Source: Haliotis rufescens
Taxonomy: Eukaryota
Direction: 5' to 3'
Assembly: GCF_023055435.1 (NCBI RefSeq)
Contig: NW_025964223.1
Span: forward strand, 46,810,001-46,874,000
DNA: 64,000 bases
Shown here: positions 13,333 to 26,995 of the stretch, piece after piece
How the letters are laid out: each line of letters begins with the position of its first letter
Position numbering within the stretch: the stretch's first letter is position 1
Position numbers and translations under genes: made by a program
The notes under the pieces: model-generated
Database searches by the model: none
What the model saw: only the letters and a program-made list of their open reading frames with translations
What the model was told of the DNA's origin: nothing

Positions 13333-16300
13333 CCCCGACCTACTTCATAACCATGTGCTTATGAATGAGTATTAAATAATTATGATACCAGGTGTACCCG
13401 GAAAAGGCCAGCGTACAATACCTCGCCGGTGGCCCCGATCACAAACACATGCAAGGGTAAGTCAATTTTAACAATGATCAATCAACTCCATTGAATTGTC
13501 GTAGAAAGAGCAAGCTCGATTGAAACTAAAACTATGAAATGTATACACCAAACCACAGATCATAATCGTGACACATCCCACGACATTGTGAGCTCTACTT
13601 ATTATGAACGGGAAAGATTTGAATGTATACCGCTGTCTTGTAAATACATTGTAAATGTATGTCTTTGTCAGCCTCACTATGCTATGTTTTGTAGTGTTGT
13701 TCAGTTCAGATCAGTTTAGATTCTGAACTGAACTGTGCTCGCAATTCTCTACTGTGTTTCATGGCGCCTAAGATATCGAAAGAATGTACTTATGTACACT
13801 GAAATATAATGCTGTTAAGAATGTATTGATGCATTGCATGTGAGATAATGGGGACTTAATGTTCTCAGGCGTTTTATAAGCTAGTGGTAGCCAACGTTAC
13901 AGATAACACAATTAGTCAATTCAGACATAACATAACAAGATATAAACATATCAACTTTTGCTAAATTGTCTTCAGAGGTCCTTATTTTCGGTTGTGCTAA
14001 AATTAAGAAAAGAAGGAAGCTTACTTTAAATGAAATTTTTTGGAAATTGTGTAATGATATAAATATTTTGGTATTTTTTTCAAAAGCAATAAAAAATCAG
14101 TCCCATTAGAGACCGAAAAGGTCCAGTTAATTTTAAATTAGCTTGGGAATCCCGGTTTATCCGGACTGTACTGTTTCCAGAAAGAGTTCGGATAAACAAA
14201 TGTCGGTTACATGGCTCTTTGAAGCGACGTTATCTCCTTGCTAGGTATCTGAACGAAGCCTTATCCCGGTATCATGGCTACCACAAGTGTGCAAACGGCC
14301 ATTACAAGAATCGTGAAATTTTCCCTGTAACCACAATTGTAATGACATTTATATTTTTTATGCTTCTTTGGGAATGCCATTCTAGTCAATTGGGAAAAAG
14401 GTTTACTGCTGATTTCGTATTCTCCCGGTGAATTTACGCTTGTTTGTTTAATCAGATTGTTTTGAGATTTGAGACCTATGGAAAAGCACCCGACTCCCCC
14501 CTTACATTTTCACTATACAGTCCATGACAGTTGAAATGAAGTAGAAATTCAACGTGACAAACAACGAAATTATGTACCTGTGGGAAGACTTTTAGGGGTC
14601 ACGACAGTCATCATTTGATTGAAAACATAACGGTCAGTCGGCTGCGAATTCAACGCAATGAATGGTTGTGGCCACCTACAACACTGTCAGCTGTGACTGG
14701 TAGCAGCGATAGTTTTGAGAGCCCCGCGAACTGGCTATCGCTGTGAGGAGCTTGTTATGTAAACACAGGCTCGTCTCGGACCTTGTTCTGGCAAGTTATG
14801 TAGGAAATAACGAGATATAATTATAATCACTACATACATGTTCAGAGCACAGTATCGACCAGCCTCAATCAAGTCGCACAGTAACCTTACTAGACGCAGG
14901 CCTTGCACACTGTAGCCAGTGACCTAGCATCACTGTGTAATGATACAGGTGTATTATTTGAACACATCGACACGTCTGATGATGATCACTGATGCCGTCA
15001 CTGATCTGATCTTGATGTTCATCATCGCCGGGGTTCATCAAGGGACAGAATGTGTGATATCCCTCGAGGAGGGGAGAGATCGGGTCATTTTCTGGGACAT
15101 TTTATTTTCGCTAAAACTGGGACATGTTTGTTTTTGGAATGGTTCCTTTCTCGGTGCAAAAGGAGATAAATAGTTGTATAACATTCCGTAGATAAATAGT
15201 TGTATAACATTCCGTAAAATGGCCGTACCATACAATGGCGGATAAATCAGTAGATGCCATCTATCAAATTTGAATAATGTGGCTAAAGATACGAACGAAC
15301 TTTGAAAAGATTTATATTTAACGCCAACTAAAAAACTTTAATAATAAATTCATACTAAAATTATTTATTGGCAGAATTTCTCGTTGTGACATTATAGTAG
15401 ATAGCCATGCATTGGCTGAAAGGACATGAATAAACATAATCAGAAATAATGTCTAGGGTGAAGGTATCATCAGGGTTCCACAAGCCACAGACAGCCGTGG
15501 ACACAGCGGGAGATATGGTCAGCTGCCAGACAACACATGGACTTCATACATGCATATAGCTGATAAATTGATAATGTAAGAGGTCAGATGAGACGTCATG
15601 GTACATAGTAAATGATTCATGTTATAAGTGGAGACAATGTAGTACAGTGTATTGATTATGTTGAATCATCACTGGATTGCATTGGGAATGTATGGATGTT
15701 GTGTAACATTCGAAGCAGTGCACGATTTCCTTCACGACTCGGGTACAGAGGCGCACACAGGGTACATCACACATATACTCCGCGAGACCGATTGACAGCA
15801 CATATTGTAATACGAACATGCGATTGCCTCGATCTGATCGTTTGAAACCTGTTCTAAATTTTGATTCATTTAAATATTCATCTGAACATATAATTTCACA
15901 TGAATACCCTTCTGTCTAAGAAACACAATCGTTTTGTCATTTGTAAAAACGTGTCATCTGACATAACGGTTAACATAGAGTACGAAGAAAGAGAGTGCTG
16001 CACAGATTACCTGTAACCTTTTGTACTTGCGTACAATGTCAAGGACGGCATGCGGTTACAGATAAACGTGTAACGTTTTTGTTGCGCATAATTTTTAACT
16101 CTGAATCACTCACCAACGTAGTCGGATTCAATAAGCAATGTGTGCTTGCATTCAACCCGACGTGCATGTGCATGTATAGCTAGCTATCTAGTAAAGTCAT
16201 ATCCTCTGTGCCTCTGATGACGCAAACACATTTTGCTTATAAATATACAGTCTATATTGGTTATCTGATTTGACAGCGCGTGTTTTATTATAATTAATTT

Positions 16301-18526
16301 CAATTATTCGACAAAACCTCTTTACAGGAAATGACTTAAGTTTGAAATTATACTAAATAGTGCATGCAGAATCATGTCATTACTATGACCCTCATCCCAT
16401 GTGATTAGCAACGTGTTTTCCTGATGTTATAATGACCCTCGTAATGTAAAGGCAGGTGAACCCATGGCCACGCTCACATGCTCAATCTTTCATTGAACAC
16501 AACTTTTAATCGTACATCAATACATCATCCCGAGGCAAGGGAGTTAACTGACTCTAAATGTCCAGTTTCCACCCTTGCCGAGCTTGGCAGGAATTTCTGG
16601 GCTCGGTCGTAGCGCCACCAGTGGCTATTACGAGTTATGTCCCTTTTATGCCCCTCTTACTGACCAATTAGATTCAGCCTCTCATATCCCTTGTATTTGC
16701 TTCAAACAAAATGGTGGCGCCCAGTCAAGACGACTGATCGATGCCTAAGACATATGCTGTTATGAATCGAGTCCTACCCCGCTAAGAGCATCAAATCACG
16801 TGAGCAGCTTGACAAAAAACATGAAACGATTTGGAAAATATGTGTCATCGCCCAGTTGACGGTATACATCTTTTTGTAAATCATGCAGTTAACCCAAATC
16901 TGCACGTTTAATCCCATGTTGTTTACGAACCGGATGTCGATTATGTTACGCGATTTTAGACATCGGCACAATTCAATATACATTGGTGTACATGTACTGG
17001 CGCAAACCTTCTACACTAAACTATTGACTGAAGTCGGTAATACCTAGTGTGCCACCATGCGGTTCAACAAAAATACGTTATTTACTGGACTTGGTTATGG
17101 CCGAGAGGATCTAACATATCGGCATTACAGATGTAGGATTACTTTACGACTGTGTAGAATGGCAAGGTTGCTATTCTGCAAAACATTTCTTTTAATGTTC
17201 ATGACAGTGAAAACAATTATGTTGAGCCACTGAGACACAACATCATGAAAGGGTGATGGCACTGAATGTGACTTCAAGATTACCTCCTGTCCTGAAAGAT
17301 GAATTACATTAGCGCTATGGATTTTGGTTGAACGCTACTTACTTTTGCTATGAGGATATAACTCTGTGTTGGTAGAAATAACAAAGACCAATCGATGTGG
17401 ACAATACGACTTCAAGGATAGGACACTGGCCACTCACACTTACAATAATGACGACAATTATATGTATACCGTTGTTATTATAGGAGAGAGCCAACATGGC
17501 ACCGGTGTCACTTTTGATGTGAGACAAGATACTCTGGAAATGTGATTGCAATCAGCAGTGTCATGCATACGGACACGACAACCAGCGGGATACCCAAAGT
17601 TCATTGTGTGAATAAAAGCTCAGCGGCAATATGGTGACCTGAGTGTACAATTGTGAAGCCTACAATCGTGAGTGAGTAGGGTTTTACGCCCCGTTTAGGG
17701 ACCGACCATTCCGAGCACACTGATCCACTGATCTAATAATGGTGCATCATTTTCAGCATGCCCCTGTGCTGTGTGGAAATATAGCAATATATAGTAGCAG
17801 CAGGTTGGTTGCTTAGCTTGGATCTCTTCCGGTAGGCGCTTCAAAACATGCATTTTTTAAAATTATTATTATATATTAAATAGTCTCTGAACGAAGGAGC
17901 CGAACAATCTTGTTCGTAACATCAAACATGTCCAGTGACTATTTAAATGTCCCTGGGTGAAACATGAGACCATGTTAATATCAAATGTTAGGACCCTCAT
18001 AATATTTCAGCTATATCACGACGAAGTATACAGTCATATGCATACCTTAACTGCTTCATGTTTCTGTTTAAGCTGACTGGTCTAAGATGCGGAGTCGTCG
18101 CCACCAATGCAACTTGTTATGTCAAGTATTAAACATGTGCGCTTGTAGGTGGGTCTATATACTTGTACAATTTAACGGATGAGGTATTTACTACAAATTT
18201 AGAGATTGTCATGGTTCAGCAAATCGTTTTATTTTATTCACCTCAAACATTTGCCCGAGGCCCGTACGCGTGGCTGATGTTTACGTCGCAGATTGACATA
18301 TACACCTGTCAGCTTTATAACTTGACGTTCGGTCGCAGGTGTCACCTCACAGAGTTATGAGCATTCAACTCTTGGAATGGATTTTTTTTGTCGCCTTGAA
18401 GAGGCTGTCTGAGCTAAGGTTTGTTAATCCGCTTCAGACTGGCACAGAATGCAGACTAGAAACACAGATAATTGGACTCTTAAATCGGAAGCAAGTGTGC
18501 TGTAATGATATGTGTAAGTACACCCA

Positions 18527-18623
18527 TACTACTGCTGCTACTACTACTAATAATAATAATAATTTGGATTTGTGTAAGTAAACCTATTGTAAAATTAATA
18601 ACTACTTCTACTGCTACTACGAC

Positions 18624-18657
<34 letters not shown>

Positions 18658-18726
18658 GCCAACACTACTACTACTACGACTACTACTACTAATAATAATA
18701 TTTTAATAATAATGATAATAATATAA
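18527..18726. repeat. (CTA)n/(TAA)n trinucleotide microsatellites
   Basis: Directly visible. Confidence 0.9.
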
Positions 18727-19389
18727 TTTCGAGTGGGAGACTGTTCCATTCAGTAAAACGGTCACAGCGGCAAAGGAAAAGGAGCGATGGCCATTGTAAG
18801 TAGTGTTGGTCAACAAGCACATTGTATATAGTTTATGCTCATGTGTTTTATAAAACAGTCTGTATTGCATAGGTTTTGAGAATACATTCGATATAACCAT
18901 TAACCATGTTATTTGGATGTTTGGAACAAATTCCCTCCCGCAGACGTCTATGTGTGAAATAGGTGAGAAATCGTTACTACTCTCTTGCATAGGATAATTC
19001 ATGTCATGTAAACGTTATCTAACGTTTGGGTATTCTATAGTGTTGGGCAGACTGACAAGGGATATATGGTGAAGCAATTGTAAGCTTAAAGAGAAATAAT
19101 CTCCTGGGAGGTATTGATATCAGGATATACTGTCTGCAGACTTGTGAATGGCACACAATCGTTAACATCAGACAGACTATACGGAGTGTGTAGAGAACCC
19201 GTAGGTTCTGACAGCCTGTGTAAAATGATATATCCTCTAACATGCTTTGTTACAAACGAGCATAATGCGACCTCCTTTGCGTACGTGTTGGTGTAATTCA
19301 ACCGAAGGACATACTTCTTGCCTGATTAAAAACACACTAGTCCTTATTGCCAACGATAAACTGTTGTAATAAGTTGGCACTTGTACTTT

Positions 19390-19725
19390 TTGCAAGATAT
19401 CAACTGGTCAAAATAAGATACTTCTTGTCAGGGATAAACTGGTTTCAGGAAAATACTTGTTGCTGGAGATAAAATGTTGTCACATGAAAATGCTATTTGC
19501 TAGAAATAAACTGGTGTTATAGGAAAATATTTGTTGGTAGAGATAAACTGGCCTCACAGGAAGATATGTTTTGCTTACGACAGACTGGTGTCAAATAAAA
19601 AATACGTGTTGCTGGAGATCAACTGGTGTCACTGTAAAACACTTGTTGCTAGAGATAAACTGGTGTCAAAGGACAATACTTGTTGCAAGAAAATAATATT
19701 TGTGACAGGAAGATGCATCTTGGGA
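19390..19725. repeat. Degenerate ~42-bp tandem repeat
   Basis: Recurring gagataaactgg...atacttgttgct. Confidence 0.6.
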
Positions 19726-19984
19726 GATTACTAAAGAGATTACAGAACAAAGAACCATGAGAATGACACATATGTATGGTGACCCGTTATGACATATCTG
19801 TACACATATGCACCTGAAATAGTCCATTTAGCGCTATCTGGTGACATACGTGTTGACAGTGATATGTGTATGTGGTTTCTACCTGTCACTGTATTTCCTG
19901 GCTGTTGGTTTCAGCATGGATAATACTTAAACTACATTTGATTGTCTTTCACCACTGAGCCAACAGTCACAATTTCATATATTC

Positions 19985-20145
19985 GGGTTGTGGGGTAGCC
20001 TAGTAGTTAAAGCGTCCGTTCGTCACGTTGATACTCGGGGTCATTCCAAACATGGATACAAAGTGTAGAGCCCATATTTGATGTCCCAGTCGTGATATTG
20101 CAGAATATTTTTAGAAGCGGCGTAAAACGCGACTCACTTACTCAC
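19985..20145 (+). mobile_element. Family C SINE (diverged)
   Basis: ggggtagcctagtagttaaagcg...gcggcgtaaaac. Confidence 0.75.
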
Positions 20146-20918
20146 ATAGTTGATACCCACAGGCCATAGATGTGTATCCTTTTCATATTTTCTTTCTACT
20201 GGCGTGGGCGTGAATTGTGTGTATGAATAACAAACTGATCTTCGGGCGCTGCAGCCCATGTAGAGCTGTGGCACAGGATCCCTTGAAAGAAGGTTCATAT
20301 TTGTGATTGTTCATGATTACGGCACTTCATTGTCAGCAACAGAACGATGCTCGCGGCTTAAACATTCACGTTGGGCTTTCGTTCCTAAATGAATGACTTT
20401 GGTATGATTGAGCCACTGAAAAACAGTGAAATACAAATCTCTTCCTCACAAACATACAGGGTACGTACGTATAAACACCCCTTTAAAATGTCATATTTAT
20501 GTCAAATAATAGTTCGTTCTCATAAATTTTCTGAATTTGTGTACGTAGCTTTCCTTCTATGCACTAGGGACAAATACTTCTTCCTACATTGTGTTAATTT
20601 TTAATACAAGTTGCAGAAGATATATATAGTATGCCATACAGTAATGATTATTGTTTTGTCAATACGTTGCCATTCAGATACTGTTCGAACTAATACACTT
20701 TCCGTAAGAACGTAACTTCGATACATAAATGACGTAGAGATCGCATGAGGAATTGGCTTATTAATACGAGACTTGTTCTTGTCAACAGTGTATTGAATTG
20801 TGAAGTCGAGACAGACGAATGAATAAAGCTGCATATTTTAATAGTGGACGTTCTTTTCATAGAGCTTTAACGCGTGGCCCATCTCCATCTTTTTAGGTGA
20901 TGCAGTGATCATTTCAGG

Positions 20919-21006
20919 ATGCAGCAAATGAGACAGATCCAGACTGCTGTACTTGTCGTCTTCTTCATGGACCAGACACTCTCGACTAAAAACCAGGCCA
21001 CTTTAG
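20919..21006 (+). CDS. Exon 1 (signal-peptide-like) of the VWA/CBD-like gene
   Basis: ATG follows an acceptor-like tttcag; hydrophobic AVLVVFFM; ends TTA G|gtaaaag (phase 1), matching the next exon. Confidence 0.55.
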
Positions 21007-24000
21007 GTAAAAGCCACAAGGTCCATTATGACGAATGGGAGCTTTCGAATAACAATATAGCCTCTTTGGATAACAGCAGGGGGAAGATACAAGGGAGTGG
21101 CAAAACGACCAAGTCATGTTAGGTGACAGCATAGCATGGAGGAATAAGAAGGGGGAATTGTGACTTTCATGTTAAAATCAAGCCACGTTTGGTAATAGCA
21201 GAGAGGACAATAAGGGAAATGCATATGGCAAGCTTAAAAAAACAACCGAACCAGTTTGGGTAATAGCAGAGAGGAAGATAAGCAGCATGGGAACTTTCAA
21301 ATAACAGAGGAATATTAATGGGAATGGTCACTCTTAAATAACAAGAAAAACACTTTAGGTAATAGCAGAGAGGAATAGTATTGTGAATGGTCACTCTTAA
21401 ATAACAAAAAACACTTTAGGTAATAGCAGAGAGGAATATTAATTGGAATGGTCACTCTTAAATAACAACAAAAAAACACTTTAGGTAATAGCAGAGAGGA
21501 ATAGAGTTGGGAATGGTCACTCTTAAATAACAACAAAAACACTTTAGGTAATAGCAGAGAGGAATATTATTGGGAATGGTCACTCTTAAATAACAACAAA
21601 AAACACTTTAGGTAATAGCAGAGAGGAATATTATTGGGAATGGTCACTCTTAAATAACAACAAAAAACACTTTAGGTAATAGCAGAGAGGAATATTATTG
21701 GGAATGGTCACTCTTAAATAACAACAAAAAACACTTTAGGTAAAAGCAGAGAGGAATATTAATTGGAATGGTCACTCTTAAATAACAACAAAAAACACTT
21801 TAGGTAATAGCAGAGAGGAATAATATTTGGAATGGTCACTCTTAAATAACAACAAAAAACACTTTAGGTAATAGCAGAGAGGAATATTATTCGGAATGGT
21901 CACTCTTAAATAACAACAAAAAACACTTTAGGTAATAGCAGAGAGGAATAGTATTGGGAATGGTCACTCTTAAATAACAACAAAAAACACTTTAGGTAAT
22001 AGCAGAGAGGAATAATATTGGGAATGGTCACTCTTAAATAACAATAAAAAACACTTTAGGTAATAGCAGAGAACAATATTATTGGGAATGGTCACTCTTA
22101 AATAACAACAAAAAACACTTTAGGTAATAGCAGAGAGGAATATTATTGGGAATGGTCACTCTTAGATAACAACAAAAACACTTTAGGTAATAGCAGAGAG
22201 GAATAGTATTGGGAATGGTCACTCTTAGATAACAACAAAAAACACTTAAGGTAATAGCAGAGAGGACAATAAAGGTATTGGAACTCTCAAACAACAACCA
22301 AGCCACTTTAGATAGTGGAAGATGACGGTGAATGAAAAATCTCATAATATTATCGATCCACTTTATGTAATAGCAGAGGGGAAGATAAGGTAGGTTTGAC
22401 AACAGTGGCATCTTAAAACACAATAAGTACCACCATGTATATATATATATATAAAAGGGTGTGCCTCGGGCAGTTTCGCAAGCCGTCACGCTTAAGCGCA
22501 CATTAGTGTGCTACATGAGCTTATGGAATGTATATTGCAACTTTAATCAACAAAAATGTAAAATTAAATCCTTGGTCAAGACGGTTACTGGTAATGTAGT
22601 CGTACAGAGTCGTATGTATCCTAGTCTTTAAAACATTACAATGTGGACTGTTTTGAAACATGTGACTACATATTTTATCAGGGTAATAGACAGAAAAGGT
22701 AGAACTATCAAAGCTTCCTAACATATGAATGATCACCATATATATTTGTAGTTTAGTGACCTCCTCCGTGGTCTAGTGGTAGAGTGTCCGCGCGGAGATC
22801 GGAAGGTCCGGGGTTCGATCCCCGGCAGCGTCATACCAAAAGACGTTAAAAGATGGTACTTGTTGTTACCCTGTCTGGCGCTCGGTGCTCGGCTAAAACA
22901 AGGACTGGTCGGCTCGGAGTCAGTATACTGTGTCTGAGTGGGGTATTCATGTTAAACTGCGGCATGGTATCTCAGCGAGCTAGCGCTATAAATCGGCATC
23001 AGTCCAGTCCAGTACAAGCAGATCACACACACGCACACGTGTATGCACGTCGCTATATAAGTGCAGTAATCTTGGACGCGACGTTAAACCCCATTTCACC
23101 TCACGTTGTAGTTCATGTTCGTGTTTCCATGTCTGAGACGTCAACCATCATACAACGAAATTGTAGCTGTATTATACGCATCTTATATTAAGTAGAGATC
23201 ACAACATATTCTCCTGGGTTAAGAGGCGGAAACAGGACAAAGTGGTAGGAAGATATTCACACCATACACACTCGTGCAAATATAACATTAATATTTTCAT
23301 TACAAAACCACAAAGACAATTTGAAAAGAGTTTCATTATGGTATGGGGCATTTTCACATTTACTTTCAGGAAATATCAATTAGAATACATTGTTTTTATC
23401 TGTCACGATGAGTCGCCTGTACTTCGCACGTATTTCCAAGCGTTATTGCTCCAATCTTATTACTTTAACCTACGACCTATTACTCTCAAGAAGTGACACA
23501 CATGACAATTACAGTAATCCCCTCAATACACATGGATCGTATTTGGGATCGCATTTGAAAATATGAACTATGGTTCTATTGTTTAAAATGTATCTGTTCA
23601 TCTGTACGGTATTAATAGAAACTATTCCGTTTTTTTATCCAATTTGTATGAATTTAATATTTCTGATACCAACTAATGTACCAGGATCAGGTGAATGCCT
23701 TGTTGTAAAAAATGGGTTTATGTTATGTATTGTGTATCTTAAAAGTGTGGTGGATGCTGACGCAAAACGACATCTTAACATGAATTCAATTTCGCCTTAA
23801 TATTAATCATGAATACTTATTTTTCAGAAACGTGCAGCCCAGCATCTGACCTGATATTTGTCCTAGATGGTGGCTTATATATTGACTTTGCCAGGGACAT
23901 CATCATGGATTACAACACTCACCACATACCCGACTATGCAGTCCGTGTTGGACTGGTTCTGTGTGAAGACGATTCCGTGCATTATCTCCCCTTGCAGTCG

Positions 24001-25675
24001 GGGATGAATGATGTAGCCGATAAATTTGCAAGTATCAGATACATATATACATTGCAGAAACTTAATGTTCATTCAAAGGAACCAATGACACAGGCTCTGA
24101 TTAACAGACAGATCAACACCTTAACCTTCTTGTCATCATCAAACTCGAGTTGCTTAGCACTAGCACAGGAGATGTTCCTCAATCCAATCAGAGATGATGT
24201 GGGTAAGATGGCGATGTTTGTAACAAACGGAGACTGGTGGAATACTACGGATCACGTTGATGATGCTCTCCTTCTGAAGGAGGACAATATTACCCTTGTC
24301 ACTGTGGCTGTTGGGGTTCAGGATATTGATACGTTAAATGACTTAATGACCATTGCCTCTGGCGAAGGTACATTCGTTGTAGTGAAAGATAAGACGGCAC
24401 TTAACGTCCTGGCAACCGAGCTCTCAAGAGGAAACTGCCAACGTAAGTATTTTCGTATTGTTAATAAAAGAATTATACGTCTTCAAGTTAAACTAAAATA
24501 TATTTACTCTGTATACTTCTGTGTGGCTTTACGTTCATAGTACCAATATGAATATGAATATTTTCATATTGCACAAGTCATCAGTGATGTGCTTTTCACC
24601 TTTTTCAGCAATAACATTACAACTGAAATATCCAGAGACCAGTTCCAACAATTCCACAACAACAGCTGTACCACGTGGTAGGTATTGACAGAAATGAACA
24701 ATGTTCTCATAGAAGGCTTAACAATTCCTCGATACAATGAACATACATCGATCATGTGGTACAATATATTAGTGTGCAGTTGCATGTTCATATTTATAAA
24801 TTATAATTTTTACAATTATTCCCATTAAATTCCAAATTCGCATCCAAATCCAAGGAGAAAAAACTCTTTTCGAAGAAAACACAAGACAAATCTCAAAATC
24901 AAACTTACATTCCACACTAACATGTTTGACTTATTTAGACTTATTTAGAAAATAATAACGCTAGAGAGCATTGTAAAACGTGTTAATCTAATAATGGTCA
25001 AATCTATTTGTCTGTATGTGTAATTGTTCAACTACAAATGTATCCCCGGAGATCATACCTCTTTCAAATATAATTATTGATAGTGTCCGTGACGTTTACC
25101 TGACAAACATCGACACTGGAAACACGGTCTTGGTAGCTAATTAACACCACATGTGAGAAGATTACCTATTAGCTAGGCATTCTGGGAAGTGGATCGTATA
25201 GAGAACAACCAAAAAAGAGACATTTCGCAACCTTTTTCAACCTTTTGAAAAACATGGACATTTCTAATCGCACTTTTTTTATATTATAATAATACAATTT
25301 GTAAAATAGATTTCATTTTTAATTGATTGGAATTCAAAATATTTTATGCTTTGTGCCAAGGTACAAAATATCTGACTGTGTCAATAATAATTTACCACTA
25401 TTATTTCCTAACTCCGATCTTATTAATAATATACACGGTAACAAACATTTACAACCTTGATTATATATAAATCACTAAACAATTATCAGTTCTCTTGTAT
25501 AGTTTGAACAAATGGGATCTATTTTACCTTTGCAGCACCCTGTAACAGACGAAAACTGGGGACAAACACTTACGAACAACTGACATATTACCCTGGCTTC
25601 GGATACCTTGTGGATCACAAAGAGACATGTCCGGATAGGAAGCTGTTCATCCAGGATATGTGTGGCTGTATATGA
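20919..25675 (+). CDS. Secreted VWA-domain + C-terminal chitin-binding-like protein (Pif/BMSP-like shell-matrix family), 4 coding exons: 20919-21006, 23828-24442, 24609-24677, 25536-25675; ~303 aa
   Basis: All three introns are GT-AG and phase 1, and the exons join into one open frame: weak signal-peptide-like MQQMRQIQTAVLVVFFMDQTLS, VWA (SDLIFVLDG...VRVGLV...KMAMFVTNG...ITLVTVAVG...LMTIAS), a Thr/Ser linker, then PCNRR...YEQ...CPDRKLFIQDMCGCI*. Confidence 0.72.
21335..22265. repeat. ~64-bp minisatellite, ~15 copies, in intron 1 of the VWA gene
   Basis: Unit aaataacaacaaaaaacactttaggtaatagcagagaggaatattattgggaatggtcactctt. Confidence 0.95.
22754..23105 (+). mobile_element. tRNA-derived long SINE (family D) in intron 1 of the VWA gene
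   Basis: A-box GTGGTCTAGTGG, B-box GGTTCGATCCC, body GTCATACCAAAAGACGTTAAAAGATGGTAC, tail GCGACGTTAAACCCC; TSD ttgtagtt. Confidence 0.85.
23828..24442 (+). CDS. VWA-domain exon (615 nt, phase 1-1)
   Basis: ttttcag acceptor and C|gtaagt donor; VWA motifs DLIFVLDG, VRVGLV, FVTNG, LVTVAVG, IAS; the MIDAS DxSxS is degenerate. Confidence 0.85.
24609..24677 (+). CDS. Thr/Ser-rich linker exon (69 nt, phase 1-1)
   Basis: ttttcacctttttcag acceptor and G|gtaggt donor; reads PITLQLKYPETSSNNSTTTAVPR in frame. Confidence 0.65.
25536..25675 (+). CDS. Last exon: Cys-containing chitin-binding (CBM14/peritrophin-A)-like module
   Basis: ttttacctttgcag acceptor; reads APCNRRKLGTNTYEQLTYYPGFGYLVDHKETCPDRKLFIQDMCGCI*, with a CP-x4-F-x4-CxC ending. 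Confidence 0.65.
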
Positions 25676-26995
25676 GACTGACATGTACATTGTATCAGTG
25701 TGATAATCTCTGTCTTGAAACAGTTCAACCAGGATATGTGTGACTGTATGTGAAACTGACATGGACATCGTGTATAGTGTCGGAGTGATCATCTCAGTGA
25801 TCAAGCTGTTTAACCAGGACATGTGTGGCTGTATGTGAAACTGACATGGACATTGTGTATAGTGTCGGAGTGATCATGAGACCGACATGTACATTGTGCA
25901 TAGTGTTGGTATGATCATCTCAGTCATGACGCTCTTCATCAGGATGTGTATGGCTGTATATTAGTGAGTGTGTGAGTGAGTGAGTGAGTGAGTTGGGTTT
26001 AACGCCGATTTTAACAGTATTCCAGTTATATCACGATGTGTCAGCTTAATGTGGGAGGAAAGCCCAAAGTGATGCAGGTCTCAGATGTTCACCACTTCGG
26101 TGAAACCCACGAGCACGAGTATGGTGCTGACAAACCTAGAAACATAATTGGGGCTAACAGGGATTCGAACCCACAATCATAGGTTTCTGGCGTGCCCAAG
26201 GGACGCAACTCTGCACAGCGGATCGCGGCGCCTTAGACGACTGGGCCATTCGTGTCCCCGGCTGTATATATGAGACCAACATGTACTTTGTGTATAGTGT
26301 CGATATTATCAGTTATGAAGCTGTCCAACCAGGACATGTGTGGCTATCTTAGAGACTGACATGGACATTGTGTATAGTGTCGGTGTGATCATGACACCGA
26401 CATGGACATTGTGTATAGTGTCGGAGTGATAAACTCAGTGATCAAGCTGTTTAATCAAGACATGTGTGGCTGTATATGAAACTGACATGGACATTGTGTA
26501 AATGTCGGAGTGATCATCTCAGTGATCAAGCTGTTTAACCAGGACATGTGTGGCTGTATATGAAACTGACATGGACATTGTGTATAGTGTCGGAGTGATC
26601 ATTTCAGTGATCAAGCTGTTTAACCAGGACATGTGTGGCTGTATATGAAACAGACATTGACATTGTGTATATGTCGGATTGATCATCTCAGTGATCAAGC
26701 TGTTTAACCAGGACATGTGTGGCTGTATATGAAACTGACATGGACATTGTGTTTAGTGTCGGTGTGATCATGACACCGACATGTACATTGTATATAGTGT
26801 CGGTATGATCATAAGACCCACATGTACTTTGTGTACAATGTCGGTGTGCTCATCTCAGTCATGAACCTGTTCAACCAGGACATGTGATCTCAGGCCGACA
26901 TGTGATCATCTCAGCAATGACGATGTTCCGTCAAGCCGTGCATGTGTGACTGTATGTATCAGAGACCGACGTGTATATTGTGACGGTGTGATCAC
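25640..26995. repeat. ~85-bp tandem array starting inside the last codons of the VWA/CBD gene
   Basis: Unit aagctgtttaaccaggacatgtgtggctgtatatgaaactgacatggacattgtgtatagtgtcggagtgatcatctcagtgatc; interrupted by a SINE. Confidence 0.92.
25962..26259 (-). mobile_element. Family A SINE inserted in the 85-bp tandem array
   Basis: TSD ggctgtatat at 25952-25961 and 26260-26269; (CACT)n tail. Confidence 0.88.

Noticed and set aside
18480-18749. Poly-Thr and poly-Val ORFs
   Set aside because: They are translations of the (CTA)n/(TAA)n microsatellites.
22759-22830. Functional tRNA gene (also other A/B-box hits)
   Set aside because: These are SINE heads followed by shared bodies, tails and TSDs, and the cloverleaf stems are not intact.
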